64,000 nt of DNA from Amphiscolops sp. MND2022 (Eukaryota): assembly GCA_964187785.1 (NCBI GenBank), contig OZ076421.1:54064001-54128000 (forward strand). The letters are read 5' to 3'. The notes under the pieces are model-generated. The model saw only the letters and a program-made list of their open reading frames with translations, was not told the origin of the DNA and searched no databases. The position numbers and the translations under genes were made by a program. Below, in pieces: positions 24,580 to 38,580 of this stretch (positions are counted from its first letter, which is position 1; each line of letters begins with the position of its first letter).

Positions 24580-25930
24580 ATAGCGTCTGTATTTTTGGAA
24601 AAAGTCGGAAAATTGCCAAATTCTGCTCCCACAAAATATTGTAGAGATCGTCCTGTGGGATAACAATTTCATCATGGGCTTGTAAATGTCCTTCCAAACG
24701 GATATCTCGTAGTTCCGTAGTTGGATTGTATTTTCGTAACCGTATTCGATGTAGACTTTGTGTTTTATTGGAATTAATCTTTCGGACAGTGTAGTTTAAT
24801 TTCGGTAAACTTTTTTTGATGATGTAGTGTCCAATCCACTGGAATTCTCGAAACGGGATTTTTGAGCCTTGATGGTCAGCTAGCGGTTTTAGTATGAAAC
24901 AGTAATCTCCTTGTCGTAGCGGAGTTTGTTTTGCTTTTCGGTCATGGTATTCTTTGTATCTTAAGTATGATTGCATTGTGTTTGTCTGCGTTTTGTCAAT
25001 TAGTATCTGCGTGCGTCTTTGAAATTTTTCCGCAAGATCCGTTGTTGGCAAAACTTTCAAGTTAGGATTAAGTCCTAACTTGTGGTCTAGGATGTTATAG
25101 GGTACCCATCCGTGTTAAATTCTGGAAAAATCACGTCCTAAACTTTAATGATAAGCTGTATGGTAGTTAAGTACCGCCAATGGAAGATATTTGTGTCATT
25201 GTCATCTTTAATAACAAGAGGCTATCTTGAGGTTCGTTTTAAGACTGGCGTGCGTCCTTTCAAGTTTGCCGATCGTCTGGGATGCTTCGTCGAGGCACAT
25301 TGTAGTTGGATGCCTAAAATGTGTGCTCTCTCAGCTACCAATTTTGACGTAAAGGCAGACCCTTTGTCAGTTATCAAAGTCGTATGCAAGTAGGTGTGTC
25401 TTGTAATTATGTCCATAATGATTTTCGCGGTGGTTGTAGTCGTAGCATCCGTGACCAGGTAAGCAAAGAAGTATCTGGAGACAACATCTAGTGCCGCTAT
25501 AATGTTTTCATATCCTCCGCTGGGGGGGGGTAAATTGGGTAGCATATAAAGTTGCAAAGCATCCCTGGGACCCAAATCCCATTCTGGTAAGTTGAGTAAT
25601 TCAGGTGTTATGGACGCATTTGTGATTCTTTTGTCTTTGATACAGATTTCGCAACCTTGTACTATTTCTTGACGATTTTTGCTATCCCTGGTTAATAATA
25701 CCTTTGGCGATTTTCTTGTAACATTTGTGAAATTCCTGGATAAATATTTGTCGTTCCGTGTAGGGCTTGGGGTAATTCTGTGACTAGATGTTTAGGTAAC
25801 ATCACTTGTCGGAATTGAAAACTTCCAGTTTCATCCAAACATTCTCCAGTAATAATATCGTCTTGAATGGACAGAAGGTCAATCTGACTGCAGAAGTGGC
25901 GATACCGGTGATCTGTTGTAAGATTCAAGA
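24580..25930 (-). pseudogene. Integrase of family C element
   Basis: ORFs 25692-25928 (H..HPG zinc-binding part), 25222-25575 (catalytic D, D) and 24578-25060 (C-terminal domain). Confidence 0.85.
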
Positions 25931-28900
25931 GCTTTTTTCAAGAGCTTGAGTCGCAATTTCTGTAAAATGATATCATTGTTTTGTTCAATATCCATAGTAA
26001 TTTTGTTAGACAGTTTTTGTGAAGTTGACATTTGGGATTATGTGCTATAATGAGTAGTAAATTTCTCCTTTGAAATGTCCGGTAGTTGGTTACGCGGAAT
26101 GTTTTTGGCATCTTTTTTTCGTTTGCCAGAGCTGTTCATCAAATTCTTTGTCCTCTTTTGTATAGAAGATTCGATCTACTTCATCCATTCCTGTCAATTG
26201 GACGTTAAAGTTAGTAGGCGTTGTCCTAATGTCTTACCGTATACGGAGTATCAATTTCTCTTTGGCAGAGATTTCAAATGGTGACAAGTAGTCCGCGACA
26301 GTGCTGTTTTTGCCTGGGATATGGGTGATAGTGAAGTTGAACTGAATGACATAGTTAGACGCATTCCACAATGTGGGTGATATGATTTTCGTTTGAAAAA
26401 AATGTGTGACCGACTTGTTGTTAGGATAATCATCGGTGTCGGGGTTCCGCAAAAGATATGTCCGAATTCATTGAGGGCAAAGAAAATTGCCAAGAATTCT
26501 TTAGCGCATATGGGCATCTTGAATTTGGTAGGACTGAAGGTCTTGGATACGTAGGCTACTTGTGCAAAAGTTTTCCTCGTTGAGTGTACTCTTCGAGTGG
26601 GTCGTCCTCGATGAGAACTGCATAACCAGCTGCCGAAAAACTAGCGTCAGTCATGAGCACAAATTGTTTGTTTGGCGGATGTTGTTTGAGTGCAAGTTCA
26701 CAGCATCGGTCAAGCGCCTTGTTGATCTCGGTGAATTTTTCCAAAAGGTCCAGTGTTACCAGGACCTTTTCATCATTTTTCAATAACTTGAAAAGTGGGG
26801 TTTATCTTTCTGGGAGCCTGGAATTGTAGTAGCGATAGTAGTCTAAAAATCCCAGGTATCTTGGCAGCGCTTTTTTGTATTTAGGAAATTTCGTTTTTTC
26901 TACAAAGTTTCGGACACGAAGTCTCTCTGGCTTCACTCTTTCAGGGGTGATGGTGCGTCAAAGAAAATTAATTGCCTTGGCTTCAAAGTGGCATTTATAC
27001 ATCTTTGGTTTAAGTCCAGCCTTTTGAATGCATTTGAAAGTAGCTCGAAGGTTGTTAATCAGTTGCTCAGCGTCGTTGGCAGCTATTCCTATATCGTCAA
27101 GGTACTCTGCATAATGGTCAGCTTTGATGAATGTGTCTAAGTATTCGCGCATAAAGCTCAAAAAAGCTGATAATGCTCTACTAAGACCTTGCGCTAATCA
27201 ACGATAGACAAAGGTTCTGCTAGCGAAATTAAACGCTAGCATCTCAATTGACCTTTGGTCCGCCATCTGCAGGCAGTGGTATGCTTGAGAGCAATCCAAT
27301 TTTCAGAAAAACCTTTTACCAGCCATGTGCTGCGCGGCGTCAGTCAGAGTGCTGACAGGTTGATTATTGTTAATGTAATCATTAGAAATTAAGTTGTTGA
27401 TCTTTCTCAAGTCGACTAGTATTCTCAGTTTTCCATTCGGTTTTTTTGCTGTGCAAAACTCGGGCTTGCGTTTTTGGAAAACGGGAGAGTTGTAATAGTC
27501 CCAAATCCATGTAAAAGCGCAAATTCAACAAGGATGTCCTCCATGAGATTGATTGGCGTTGGCAGGTTTTGACTATTGGCCGGGGAGTCAGCTTTCGGTG
27601 TCAGTTTGACCTTAAATTCTTCATTCATGCCTATGTCAAATCGGTGCCCTGCTAAGATATCATGAAATTCAACCAGCAGGTCTTCAATGCAGGCAATTTC
27701 ATTTTGTTGTAATATAGAGTCTGTCCAGTCAAAGTTAGAAAAGAAGAGTTGTCTAGACTCAGGGTCATCCTGAGGGTTGAGTTTTCCAAGTTCTTGAAAG
27801 TTTTGTATTTCCTTCAAAATAAGTGGCTGAATCGGTGTGTGCAGTTGAGGATCCCCACTGTCCTCTGGTGTAGGGAACCAGTAGTTTTCCTTGAAGTCCT
27901 CTGGTTTGGTAGATTTGATCAAACTGCTGGCATGAAATGCAGCATTCTCTGGACTATCCTGTAGCAGGTGCCATGTGGTCGCTGGGTCTACAGGTTCAAC
28001 AAATTTCCTTTGTTCTGGTGTTAAAACGGAGGAATTGGAGATGTGAGATCCCCGTTTAAGGGTATAGGAGTGATCTGTGAAATTGTTCACAAGAAAGGCA
28101 AGCTGACCTTGGGTCAGTGTAACTAGAGCCGCGCAGAAGGCAAAATCGCCATCCTCAGTGATCGCATTGCTTGGTTGGATAATTCCTGTGACAACAGTAT
28201 TGCTGTACAATTGAGAGTTCATTGACACTAGCTATCTACCGTTGGGGGAATGGTTATATCCTACCGGGTACAGATAGTTTCCATGACTTTTGTATATTTG
28301 TGATCCGCGGTTTTCATTGGCAATGATAAAAATGGGAAATTTAAGACTCCCTGTCTCATGTCCAATTTGATGTTATTCCGTTGAAAGAATCATTAGAGTG
28401 CATAGGCAAGCCTAATTTGCTCAAAGCGCATTTTGTGCTTTCAATACCTCGGATTCCACGACCATACCTTTAACCGTGCAAAATTGACAAAGTACGTCAT
28501 AAGTCCCGGAATCCACAAACAAGCATTCCACTGACAAGCAGCGGAATTTTCGTGTACCAGATTCCACGACAAGCAGCAAAATAGCTTGCCTATGCACTGT
28601 AATGATGAAAGGGCATTTATTTGACTTGTGAGTTTCCCCATTACTATGAAGATCTCATGAAACTCTATGTCGCCAACTTGAAATTCCAACTCGACTGTCT
28701 CTTTGGATTTTCCAATCGCAACAAATATTTGGAAGCTGGGTGCTGGACCCTCTTTAATTGTCGACTGGGGCTACTAATCGGAGATAACGTAGATCAGCTT
28801 CAGAGGTTGCGCTAGATATAGCTCCCGTGTCTACAAGGCCATCTAATATAAGTTCACCAAAATCCATTGGGCAATAAAGCATTCGTTGCTTATATTTGAG

Positions 28901-31000
28901 TCCAAGATTGGTTGTTAGCGGGACACAGTTGGGTTCTCCAGTTCTCGTGACAACATTGTTCACAAAACGTTTTTCGACCGTTGAGGTCAAAGAGACCCGA
29001 GGTCCAATTTTTTTAAAGTTCCTCTCCTGGCTTGTCTTGAGCCAGTTGTTGAGGTGGATCACGTTTTTTTTGCCATAGGTCAACTAAAGCATTAGCTAAG
29101 ACGCTGTTTAGAACTCATTGGGCTCTATTTCAATGTTTTGTTTGTCAAATTGTGGTTAAAATGTAGATGATGTTGGCTGTAGATGTTTACGTCCCAGTAG
29201 GGGTCAAATCTAAAGTGTGGATCATGGTATTAGGGGTAATAGTCCTCTATGAGGGGAAGGGGACGAATTGTAGAAGTATTGTGTTGCAGTCTGTTGGACT
29301 GATGGTCCAAGTAGTAGATGTAAGTAGGTATGTTCTTCATCTGCTGCTGCCAGTCAGCTGATGAGGTCGTTTTATTACATGAGTAATATTCTGTATAAAA
29401 TACAGTAAAGTGGTCAGATACTATGCATTGTCTGACACGTAGTTTATCATTTAAAAAGAGTCGTGGCGAGTCTAGTGTTTTCGGATTTTTCAAGATTGAC
29501 GTAGTTTGTTTGTTCCTGTCACCTTGACTAGTTGACGCGTTGTCAGTTTTCCCATCGTCTATTTTAAGGTTTTTGGGCTTGAGGTGGGCTCCTGCGCCTT
29601 TCCAACAGCGTTCGGCCGGGTGGTTTGTTTTATCACAAGTGGCGCATTTTGGGTACTCTTTTTTGGTAGAATGCCCGTCGTTGCGTTTAAGTTCCTCCTT
29701 TCGTTTAAGTTTTTTACTTTCATCTTTGACATCGCCCGGCTTCTTGCAAAAGTTGCATGTGATCCCTGTGTCAATGCCAGAGGAGAGGAGGCTGTTGCCC
29801 GGTCGTGTTGTTGTTGCTGGGGCTGTCGACCTTGTAGGAACGGGAATGTCGTCGCCTTCCTCAAGTCCATTGAGCTCTAGTTCACGCTCTAAATGTGTGA
29901 CAATTTCCTCGTAAGTGGTATTTTCCAATCGTTCCAAATTGACCGAACGTTTCAGTTTTGGGGGTGATTTGGCATATAGCAGACTATCAATCATGGCTTG
30001 GGCATGTTCGCCAAACGCTTTTTCTGCGCCCTGATTGAGTTCCTCAAGGGAATCAGGCAGTTTCATGGTATCTGGGTCAAACAGCAATTTATGCCATTTG
30101 TGGTTGGCTCTCGCTGAGACTCTGGTTTGGCGCATTTGCGTCGAAAGACTGCTAGGACGTCTTCCAGGGTTTGTCTATTTGCTGTGCTCATATTGCGGAT
30201 GGTTTGCAGGGCGTTCTTCCGCAAAAAACATGAAAATGGATTAGTTTCATTGCCTCGGTCATATCTGGTTGCATTTTTATCATTGTATTAAAAAGATCGG
30301 CGAAAAGTTCAAATTTTTCGGGTTTCCCATCAAATGTAAGTGTGGTCGTGTTGACTGGGCGTACCATCAGTTTCTGTACTGATGATTTATTATTTATACG
30401 CACTAATACTTCAGCCGGTTGATGGAGTCATTAGGGACATTAGGTTCTTGTGCTTTTGAGGTTTTGGGATTGGTGTTCAGGGGTTTGTCCCGAATATTCC
30501 TAGAGGATTGGGTATATTCTCTGGATTGAATGGGCCGTCCGGTCAGAAATTCAGGGACTATTCGAGGGGTAAGGTTTGCTCCTGTCACCATGTAGTAACC
30601 ATCATCACTCTCTTGAGAATAAACTGAGTTCTCTCTTTGGCGATTGTTTTGGTTACTACTACCACTCGTGTTTTATGACCAGTTTGGCCAATTTCATTTG
30701 GATGCAGTCAGTCTAATCGAAAGTCCGATTTTGTACTTAAAAATGCACAAAATTGAGTTGATAGCTTCAAAAGTTTGTGAGTTTAAATCAGATTTCATTT
30801 TCTCTTTTATCCTAGACATTTGGGAAGAAAATTCAGAGTTAAAAGCTCTGGTAGGTTCTTCTGTGATTTCACTATTTTAATTCGTATTGGTATACAGAAG
30901 AGATCTTAAGTTGTTTCCAGCTAAATTACCGTTTCTCTTCTTGACTCTAGGTCAACATCTCTTTACGCTAGTATTTTCCTGTTTTCAGGAATATTTCCTA
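24580..31000 (-). mobile_element. Ty3/Gypsy family C element (5' LTR-PBS-gag-PR-RT-RH-IN), decayed
   Basis: LTR/PBS junction TACA|TGGTGACAGG at 30591; gag TLTFDGKPEKFELF with CNFC and CATC..HPAERC knuckles; LVDTGA (~28830); YLDDIG (~27095); MTDAS; integrase LDVVSRY, ITDKGSAF and a GPY/F-like WIGHY. Confidence 0.93.
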
Positions 31001-31284
31001 ACATTACATCTAGATTTTCGACATCTGACATCACGTCAGATTGTCTTGCACGTTTCTCTTTAGCTTTCTGCTTCCTTCTGCAAAAATGTAAGTTAGGTTT
31101 TCAAAACTGAAATTACCGTTATCAGTTCAGATAAAAAAATCAGGGATAAGGCAATTTGAACTTTGGATTATTCAAACAATAAAGCAACTGTTACTTTAAT
31201 GACTACTCGTCAAATTATCAGAGCACATTCAACCAGTGTGAATTGTAGCAGTGTAACAACGTTTTGTGTCCCTTGAGCATCGGC

Positions 31285-31484
31285 NNNNNNNNNNNNNNNN
31301 NNNNNNNNNNNNNNNNNNNNNNNNNNNNNNNNNNNNNNNNNNNNNNNNNNNNNNNNNNNNNNNNNNNNNNNNNNNNNNNNNNNNNNNNNNNNNNNNNNNN
31401 NNNNNNNNNNNNNNNNNNNNNNNNNNNNNNNNNNNNNNNNNNNNNNNNNNNNNNNNNNNNNNNNNNNNNNNNNNNNNNNNNNNN
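31285..31484. other. Assembly gap of exactly 200 N (scaffold join)
   Basis: Run of N's in the sequence. Confidence 0.99.
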
Positions 31485-31811
31485 CTCAAAAAAGTTGAAA
31501 TTTTTGATACGTAAATTTTTGATGCATTTCGTTATAAATATTTTGTCTTCGAATAATTTTGATTCTCTCATACTTCTGAAATTTGAGAAATGGGAAATTG
31601 TTAGAAACTTTTTCAGACAAAAGAATGAATTAACAGAAACTTCCAACACTTTTTCCCCTTGCAATTTGCAACAGAATAATTCTCGTTGTGCCTTTGACAG
31701 TACCACTATTCAGGATTAGGCTTGAATTTGGTGGTGATTATCAGAGACTCTCGGGGGCTTTCAAAAAACCTTGATTGAATAAATTGTCAAACCTTTGTTC
31801 TCACCTTCTAG

Positions 31812-32325
31812 GCCGATTGGCCACAAACGTTTGCTCTGATCAGCGCGCAATTTGACCCCAAAGGTCAGCCTCAATGTTTTATCCATTGCTGGTACATTGA
31901 GGCAGACATACTGTTCACCATTGCCACATTACCGTTGCTTTTCCTCATGCATTATGTCCCTAAATACACGTGTGTCTTTCTTTTACTTGTTTCTATGACT
32001 CAAAACTTTCAATATGCTAGGCGAAACTACCATGGTGAATACTTCTTGGGCGCTTTAGAAATTACAACGTATTATCCCTTCGTACAGGCTTGGCCATCGG
32101 GCTTCTAACGGGTTACCTTTTATGGAAAAAATACCATATCCCGAAGGTCATCAATTATCTCTGCGAACCATTGTTTTACGTGGTATGTGTTTTTATCCCC
32201 GTTGTCATCATAATTTACCATTATGGATACGTGTTCCACATTCAGCTTCTATGGATCGTCAATCAGTATTTTTTCTGCTGGTTTTTACATCGACTCAACC
32301 AGGACCCTGAATCATTCGCAGCTGG
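31812..32325 (+). pseudogene. NRF-6/OACYL-like acyltransferase exon (middle), with apparent frameshift at ~32088
   Basis: Acceptor ttctag|; ADWPQTFALI..QCFIHCWYIEADILF (family C..sWYL..D motif); YYPFV then a shift to LAIGLLTGYLLW; donor GG|GTAGAA. Confidence 0.8.
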
Positions 32326-32499
32326 GTAGAACAAATTGGTGAAATAAATTTTAACTTAAAAATAGGGGAAATATGTAAAAATCAAGCTGCAGGAAATGCT
32401 GTAAATGAGCTTAAACAGCTTACCTAAAAGTTAGTTGTCATAAGTATTTGGGCGAGATAGTTTTTGGAAAATAGCGAAACTTTAGGAAAACGTATGTTT

Positions 32500-32930
32500 T
32501 TTGTTTTCGAGCACAGGGAGGTAGTATAAACGATGCCTTATGAGGTGCGAAATACGGAACACAAAAAAATGCACAAAAACAAGCAGGGAACGGCCCAAGT
32601 CGGCACCCCGCTCCAGATTCGAAAAGAACAAAGTGTTTGAAATCATTTGATGCTGAAAATACCCGAAGGGTTACCCGAAGGGTTAGTTTGTTTTTTTTTT
32701 CTGCCCAGAAACATCACGAAACCCACTTTTAAAAAAAAACTTCGTAATTTTTTTTTCGGAAAAAGTCTCAAATTGTCGAAAAAGGAGCTTTAAGCTCGGA
32801 AAACGATTTTTCCAAGCGAAGAACTTCTTCAAGAATGAAGGAGGTATCCTTAGACCGAATCGCATTTTGTCGAAAAAAAGTCGCATAGTGCCGACAAAAC
32901 CGTAGTACTTGTCCACAGATATTGAGAAAA
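32500..32930. repeat. Non-autonomous interspersed repeat, intronic
   Basis: A-run-rich element sharing the GGCCCAAGTCGGC-like motif with 4390-5100. Confidence 0.4.
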
Positions 32931-35900
32931 CTCTCATTAGTCCCACAGGATCAATGCCAAAATGTCATCCTTAAGGCTTCCAATACTAATTTCCTTAATA
33001 GACAACTTCAAAAAAATTTTGAACAGTTTTGGTTTCGAATTTTTTCCAAAAAGTGTCTTCGATAAATGTGTCGTTTGAATATATATGTCTAATGCAATTT
33101 TAAAACCACGGCACATTTTCTGCGCAAAACAATCAGAAGAAGAGACACCCGAAGAATTCTGGAGACGGCTAATCGAAATCGAAAAAGTGATTTTCAACAC
33201 TATCTGAGCCGTCGAGCTACTGATCTCAAAGTACATGACCGCAATAACCGATGAAAAATTACGGGGAAAATGGTGAAGGAAGAACTCTAGAACTGAAGAA
33301 AACAATCGAAAACACGTACGAAAAAAAAACAAAAAGAACACAATACCTGAAGCACTAATGTCAACAAAAGAAAAAGAGATGGCAAAAGAAGAACCGATAT
33401 AGAGAGTGAAAAAAATTCGGAACAAAACCGAAAAACAAAACATTCGTAAAACCGACCGTGTAGATTTTGCAACACCCCAAATTGGTCACCCCTAAATAAA
33501 TGTCCGGTATTAGAAGCAAATTTTAACAAATTCGGAAAAAGAGGACACAGTGAAAACACTAACCGAAGATCAAATCCAACAACCGGATGAATCAACAAGC
33601 GAATCAGATGACAACATACATCACATTAAAGCATATAAAGCAATCGAAGAAAAGAACAAACACTACATAGCAACAATAAAGATAAACGGGGTGATGAGAG
33701 AATTTATGATCGATACCGGATCAGCAATAACCATAATGCCACCGGACGGAAGAATAATAAAGTCCACCGGGTTACAGAATCAAACAAACAGGTACCAAGA
33801 CGTGAACAAGAACCAAGTAAAATTATGGGGGTTCAATATGGAGTACGAAAGCAACAAAGAACAAATGAAAAACTATTCACCGAACGAACAGATAGATCAT
33901 CATTGTTCGGTATAAACTGGATGAAAACATTTAAACTAACTATCGGACGAATACAATTCGCCGAAAACAACCAATGGGAAAAAGACAAGATCATCAATAA
34001 ATTTGCAGATTTCTTCGAAAACAATGAATCGATAAAAGACACCAAAATGAAATACAACTGCAACCAGAACATTTCCCAGTAAAACAAAAAGCCCGACCGG
34101 ACCCACTACACCTACAAAAGGATGTGGGAAGGGAGTTAGAATAACTAACAAAGTCGAGACATATGGAGAAAACAAAGGATGTTGATGAAGACTGCTTCGT
34201 GTCACTGGTAGCTATCACCGTAAAAGCGAGAAATAAAAAAACAGCACTTGACTCCAGAAAACTAAAGTTGCATCACAATGAGACCACACATTCCAAATAT
34301 GGAGGAGCTGCTTAACCAAATTTCGGTAGAAATATCCCGTGACCAAACAGGTCAACTATTCATCTAGAAAGCTGATCTGGATTACGCATACGGACAAATG
34401 AAACTGTAAGAAGAAACGAGCAGACAATGCGTGTTCGCATTAACCGGGGGAAAATTTAGCGGCTATTGCAGATTCAAAAAAGAGTTTTACGGACCTGCCG
34501 ATATACCGACAATCTTCCAAGACAAAATTGACCGGACTCTCGGATATTGCACCCCAGCGTGGCTAGATGACATAATTGTTGTAACCCGCGGAAACAAACA
34601 AGAACACGAGAAAAAACTACTCGATGTCCTGAATAAATTATAAAAAGCCGGCTGCCGAGCTAGTGAAAAGAAATCAGAATTCTTAATGAAGTAAACAAAA
34701 CGGTTCTGTCACGACATGATAGCGGAAAAAAACCGAACGAAGATAAAGTAGAAGGAAGCCATTTTAAAATTGAACACACCGATAAACACAAGAGAACTGA
34801 AATCGTTCCTCGGAGCAAACAATTGTATGACAAAACTTTTACCGAAAAAGAACAGACCGAAAAAAATACAACGTGGACTCGAACAAAAAAAAGACTTCTT
34901 AAAGATAGAACAAATGTTGAACGCTGGTCCATGCCTAGCACACTACGCAAAAGATAAAGGCAATATTGTAACCGTTGCTAGTACAAACGGACTGGGAATC
35001 ACACAATCGCAAAAACAAGATGGATGACAGGAACACAAAACCAAAATCATACGGAAGTCGGTATTTCAATGAAACCGAAAATAAAAAATCAATAGGTGAA
35101 TTAGAACTACTGGCGGGGATAAGGAATTAGAATATTTCCGATTTTACATTTACCGAAAGAAAATTCCACCTTTATACCAACCACCCAGCATTAGAACCAT
35201 TGATAAAAAGAAACCAAAGCAACAAGCAGTATAGCGCGAGAATAACGAGATGGTTGGACCGCATAACTCATTGTGACAATGCAGCACATCGCAGGCAGCA
35301 ATCTGAAACTCACCGATTATCTCAGCAGAAATCTGGTAGGGGAAGCCATGTCGGAAGAAAACTACGATGAAGAATACGTAATTAACATACTTGCAGAACA
35401 AGCTGAATTAAACTTGAAATATGGACAACTATTCGCGGACAAATCAAAACACAGCCGAATAAAAACCGAAAGAAAGGAGAATGCTTCCAAACAAATTGAG
35501 CACAGAACGGACCAATCACAACTGAATGAAACATTCGAGAACGAATTCCACATGTACGAAAATGAACAAATCGAAACAATAACATCCAGCAGTCCGATAT
35601 TAGTACCTTGAAAAACCGTCAATTGTCAAAAGACATAGATTTTGGGAAAATTGACAGTAAAAACGTCTACCATTGGGAGTCACCCGAGAAATAATAGACA
35701 TAATCAGAAAAAGAAATAACAGTCCGAAACAAGTAGACTGCTGGAACATCGAAATGCACTATCCCGGCCAGCAACAGTGAGACGCTGATACGACCACCAA
35801 TCACAAAGCACAAAGAACGGTATTTACACCATCTCGACCAAATCAACGGAGTAGAGAGGGGCTCTCCGAAATTGATATGGAATTGATCCTGAGAGCAAAC

Positions 35901-37950
35901 ACAATCCTAGGCGGCTATAAACCGATAGTAGTAGAAGAGGAAGAATCGCCGGAAGAAAAACGGGAAGAAGGAGAAATTGAACAAGAGACGGTCCAAACCG
36001 AAGATAACGGTGTGATTTTGCGGGGCAATAATTTACCAATCATGAACTTAACAAAATACAATACGGACGGGAAAGAAACTAAATACTTACATATATACCA
36101 TGTTGTTGGAAAAATGAATACGAATAAGAAAGTGACCGAAGACCACATCAAGGAAACCGAATTCGTCTTCTTGATGGACTTGAAAACACTGATCTCAAAA
36201 ACTGCAATCGACCCGGAATTAACTCGAGTCAGAAACAGTATGCGCAAGCTTTCAACCAGAAGGGGCCTCATATTTGTCGACGATCAAATCGTCATCCTCA
36301 TAGACCTCAGACGTCGACTACTGGACATATTACACTTCAGTCACTCCGGCATTACAAAAATGACGTCCGAAGCGAAAATATTCTGGTGGCCGAACATGTA
36401 ACAGGATATCGAACATAAAGTCAAGGATTGCCCAGCATGCTTAGAGTCAAGTAAGTGCCCTAAATATCAATTACCGAAAAACAACATTATGCGAACTTGA
36501 AAAAGCTATCCGAACCCGGTCAAGAAACACAAATCGATTTTACCGGAAAAATACATAACAAAAATTCAAACGGCGAGTTACAAGTACTAATCGCGTTAGA
36601 TAGATTTAGCAAAGGGCCTACCGTGACAAAAAATCAATACAAACTTTTAAAAATTGATAATAGCGAACATGGAAGACGCAAAAAAATCAACCCAGAACGC
36701 GAACCGAGCGCTACGGGTAATGTGTTTTACAATACATACGGGAACGAAAATAACACTGTTTGAATTACATAACGGAAGAAATCCGAGAACCGAATTAACG
36801 AATATCATTGAAGACGGAAAAACATATCACCAAACAGACCAAAGGTCCCAATTTATGTGGGCCGTGATGCGGAAGGAGACATCACCAACACGATAATAAT
36901 GGTTAGGACAAAAACAGAAGAAATGCACATCAGCGAAGGTCCAAAGTCACCGAGGAAGAAAAATCGGTTAGATTTCCCTTTTATTTTGTTGGAAAAAAAA
37001 ACTAATATAAAAACTCTTTAGAGGTAAATTTTCAAAACAAAGAAAAAATTGCTATAGGCCGAACCAAAAGCACCCTAGACACGGACACCGGAAAAACAAT
37101 TACCCGAATATTTTTGGGACCTTTTTTCAGACTGAACGAAAAGCAAGAAGAAAACCGGCCATTTACACGAGCGGCGAGATAAACCCGAAAAACAGAAACT
37201 GTTTGCGTGGTCTCGATGACAAAACGGAAGATGGGACGAGATAACCCGTGACATATTGAACGGAAAAATGAAGATCGTCCAAAACCGAAAAGCGACGGAA
37301 AGCGATAAAGACGAAGACGATGATGACGAAGATGATGAGGAAATGCCGTAGGAGACCGGAACACCAAAAACATACGATACTTCCGAACGCGACGGAAGAT
37401 ACGAACCTATACGGACTAATCGGGAAGAGGACGCCCTACAAATTCACACTGATGATGAGATATGTGGTGAGAATTTAGAAACAAATATAAGACAATGAAA
37501 CCGAAATAGCAAAAAACCGCATAGATACGGCAGTAAAACATACACTGGAAATTTTGGGGGCTAGAAACAGTATGGTTGAATATACATTGTTTATATCACA
37601 GGTAAAATGAGGACTCCTGAAAGGAACGCAGCAACCAGACGAAATTCAAAAGCCCTCAGATTTCTTACCCGGAGACGTAACGCCACCCGGGCCAACGAAC
37701 CGAAGTTGAGGAGAGAACAGAAAGAGGGGAAAATGTCATATTCGGTTCATTCCGGTTCCTGACATCTAACAAGTTTCGGTTCACAAACTATCTAGCATAC
37801 CTGATGTTGTTGATAAACAAACTCAATGCATATTAAATTAGATAATTCATTATATACAAAATAGTATCTACGATACAGTCAGTTGAACTATAGACATTTT
37901 CTTAAATCCCAATTCTTTCAACTTAGATATTAGTTAGTTACAAAAGAACA
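32930..37950 (+). mobile_element. Ty3/Gypsy family A copy 2 (partial gag, PR, RT, RH, IN, PPT, candidate 3' LTR) inside the acyltransferase intron
   Basis: FMIDTGS (~33710), PAWLDDIIV (~34560), integrase HFSHSGIT..FWWP..DCPAC (~36340-36440), PPT AGAAAGAGGGGAAAA then TGTCATA at 37734. Homologous to 1-3900. Confidence 0.9.
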
Positions 37951-38159
37951 ATAACGACAGAAACAAAAAGGACGTAAAAAACGCAACAAAAAACGCAAAA
38001 ATGGTAAAAAGACACCTAGTCTTGAGCCAGAAAAAGTTGCCCTTACAACTTTGTTAAGCATCCTTTCCGCGAGGGATATGAAAATTTCATCAAATTCGAT
38101 TGGTGAAAAGTGATTTCCAAAGGTTGTTTTTTATCGTACCTTTATTTCGCCCGTTATTT

Positions 38160-38580
38160 CAATGGATTTTGCAAATTTCTCAAAAACTGTCCACACGATT
38201 TTAATAAAATTCTTAGTCATTCTACATCCAAAGGTGCTCCTGCGTGCGCAATGGCATCAAAATCTTATGACTGGGATGTGAGAAACGTATCCAAAATTCG
38301 CCCGAATGTGGCCAAAAAACTGTCACTTTTGGATATTTTTTCGATTTTCTCAAAAACTGTCCATACGATTCGAATGAAATTTTCTTAAGTCATTTCTACC
38401 AGAATCAATGGATTCAAAATCGTATGACTGGGATCTGAGAAACAAATCCAAAATTCTTGGACTTTTTCGATATTCTCAATTACTCTTTATGATTCAATAG
38501 AACTTTTATGTCTTTCTACATCATATAAGAGCTAAATATAAGCAACTTCACAAAATCGTATGTCTGGCATTCGATCGAGT
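38160..38580. repeat. Degenerate tandem repeat (three units of ~170 and ~126 bp)
   Basis: ttctcaaaaactgtcca at 38177 and 38347; aaaatc(t/g)tatg..tgg in all three units. Confidence 0.7.

Noticed and set aside
31218-31719. ORFs spanning the X-run in the ORF track
   Set aside because: Artefacts of translating through the N gap.
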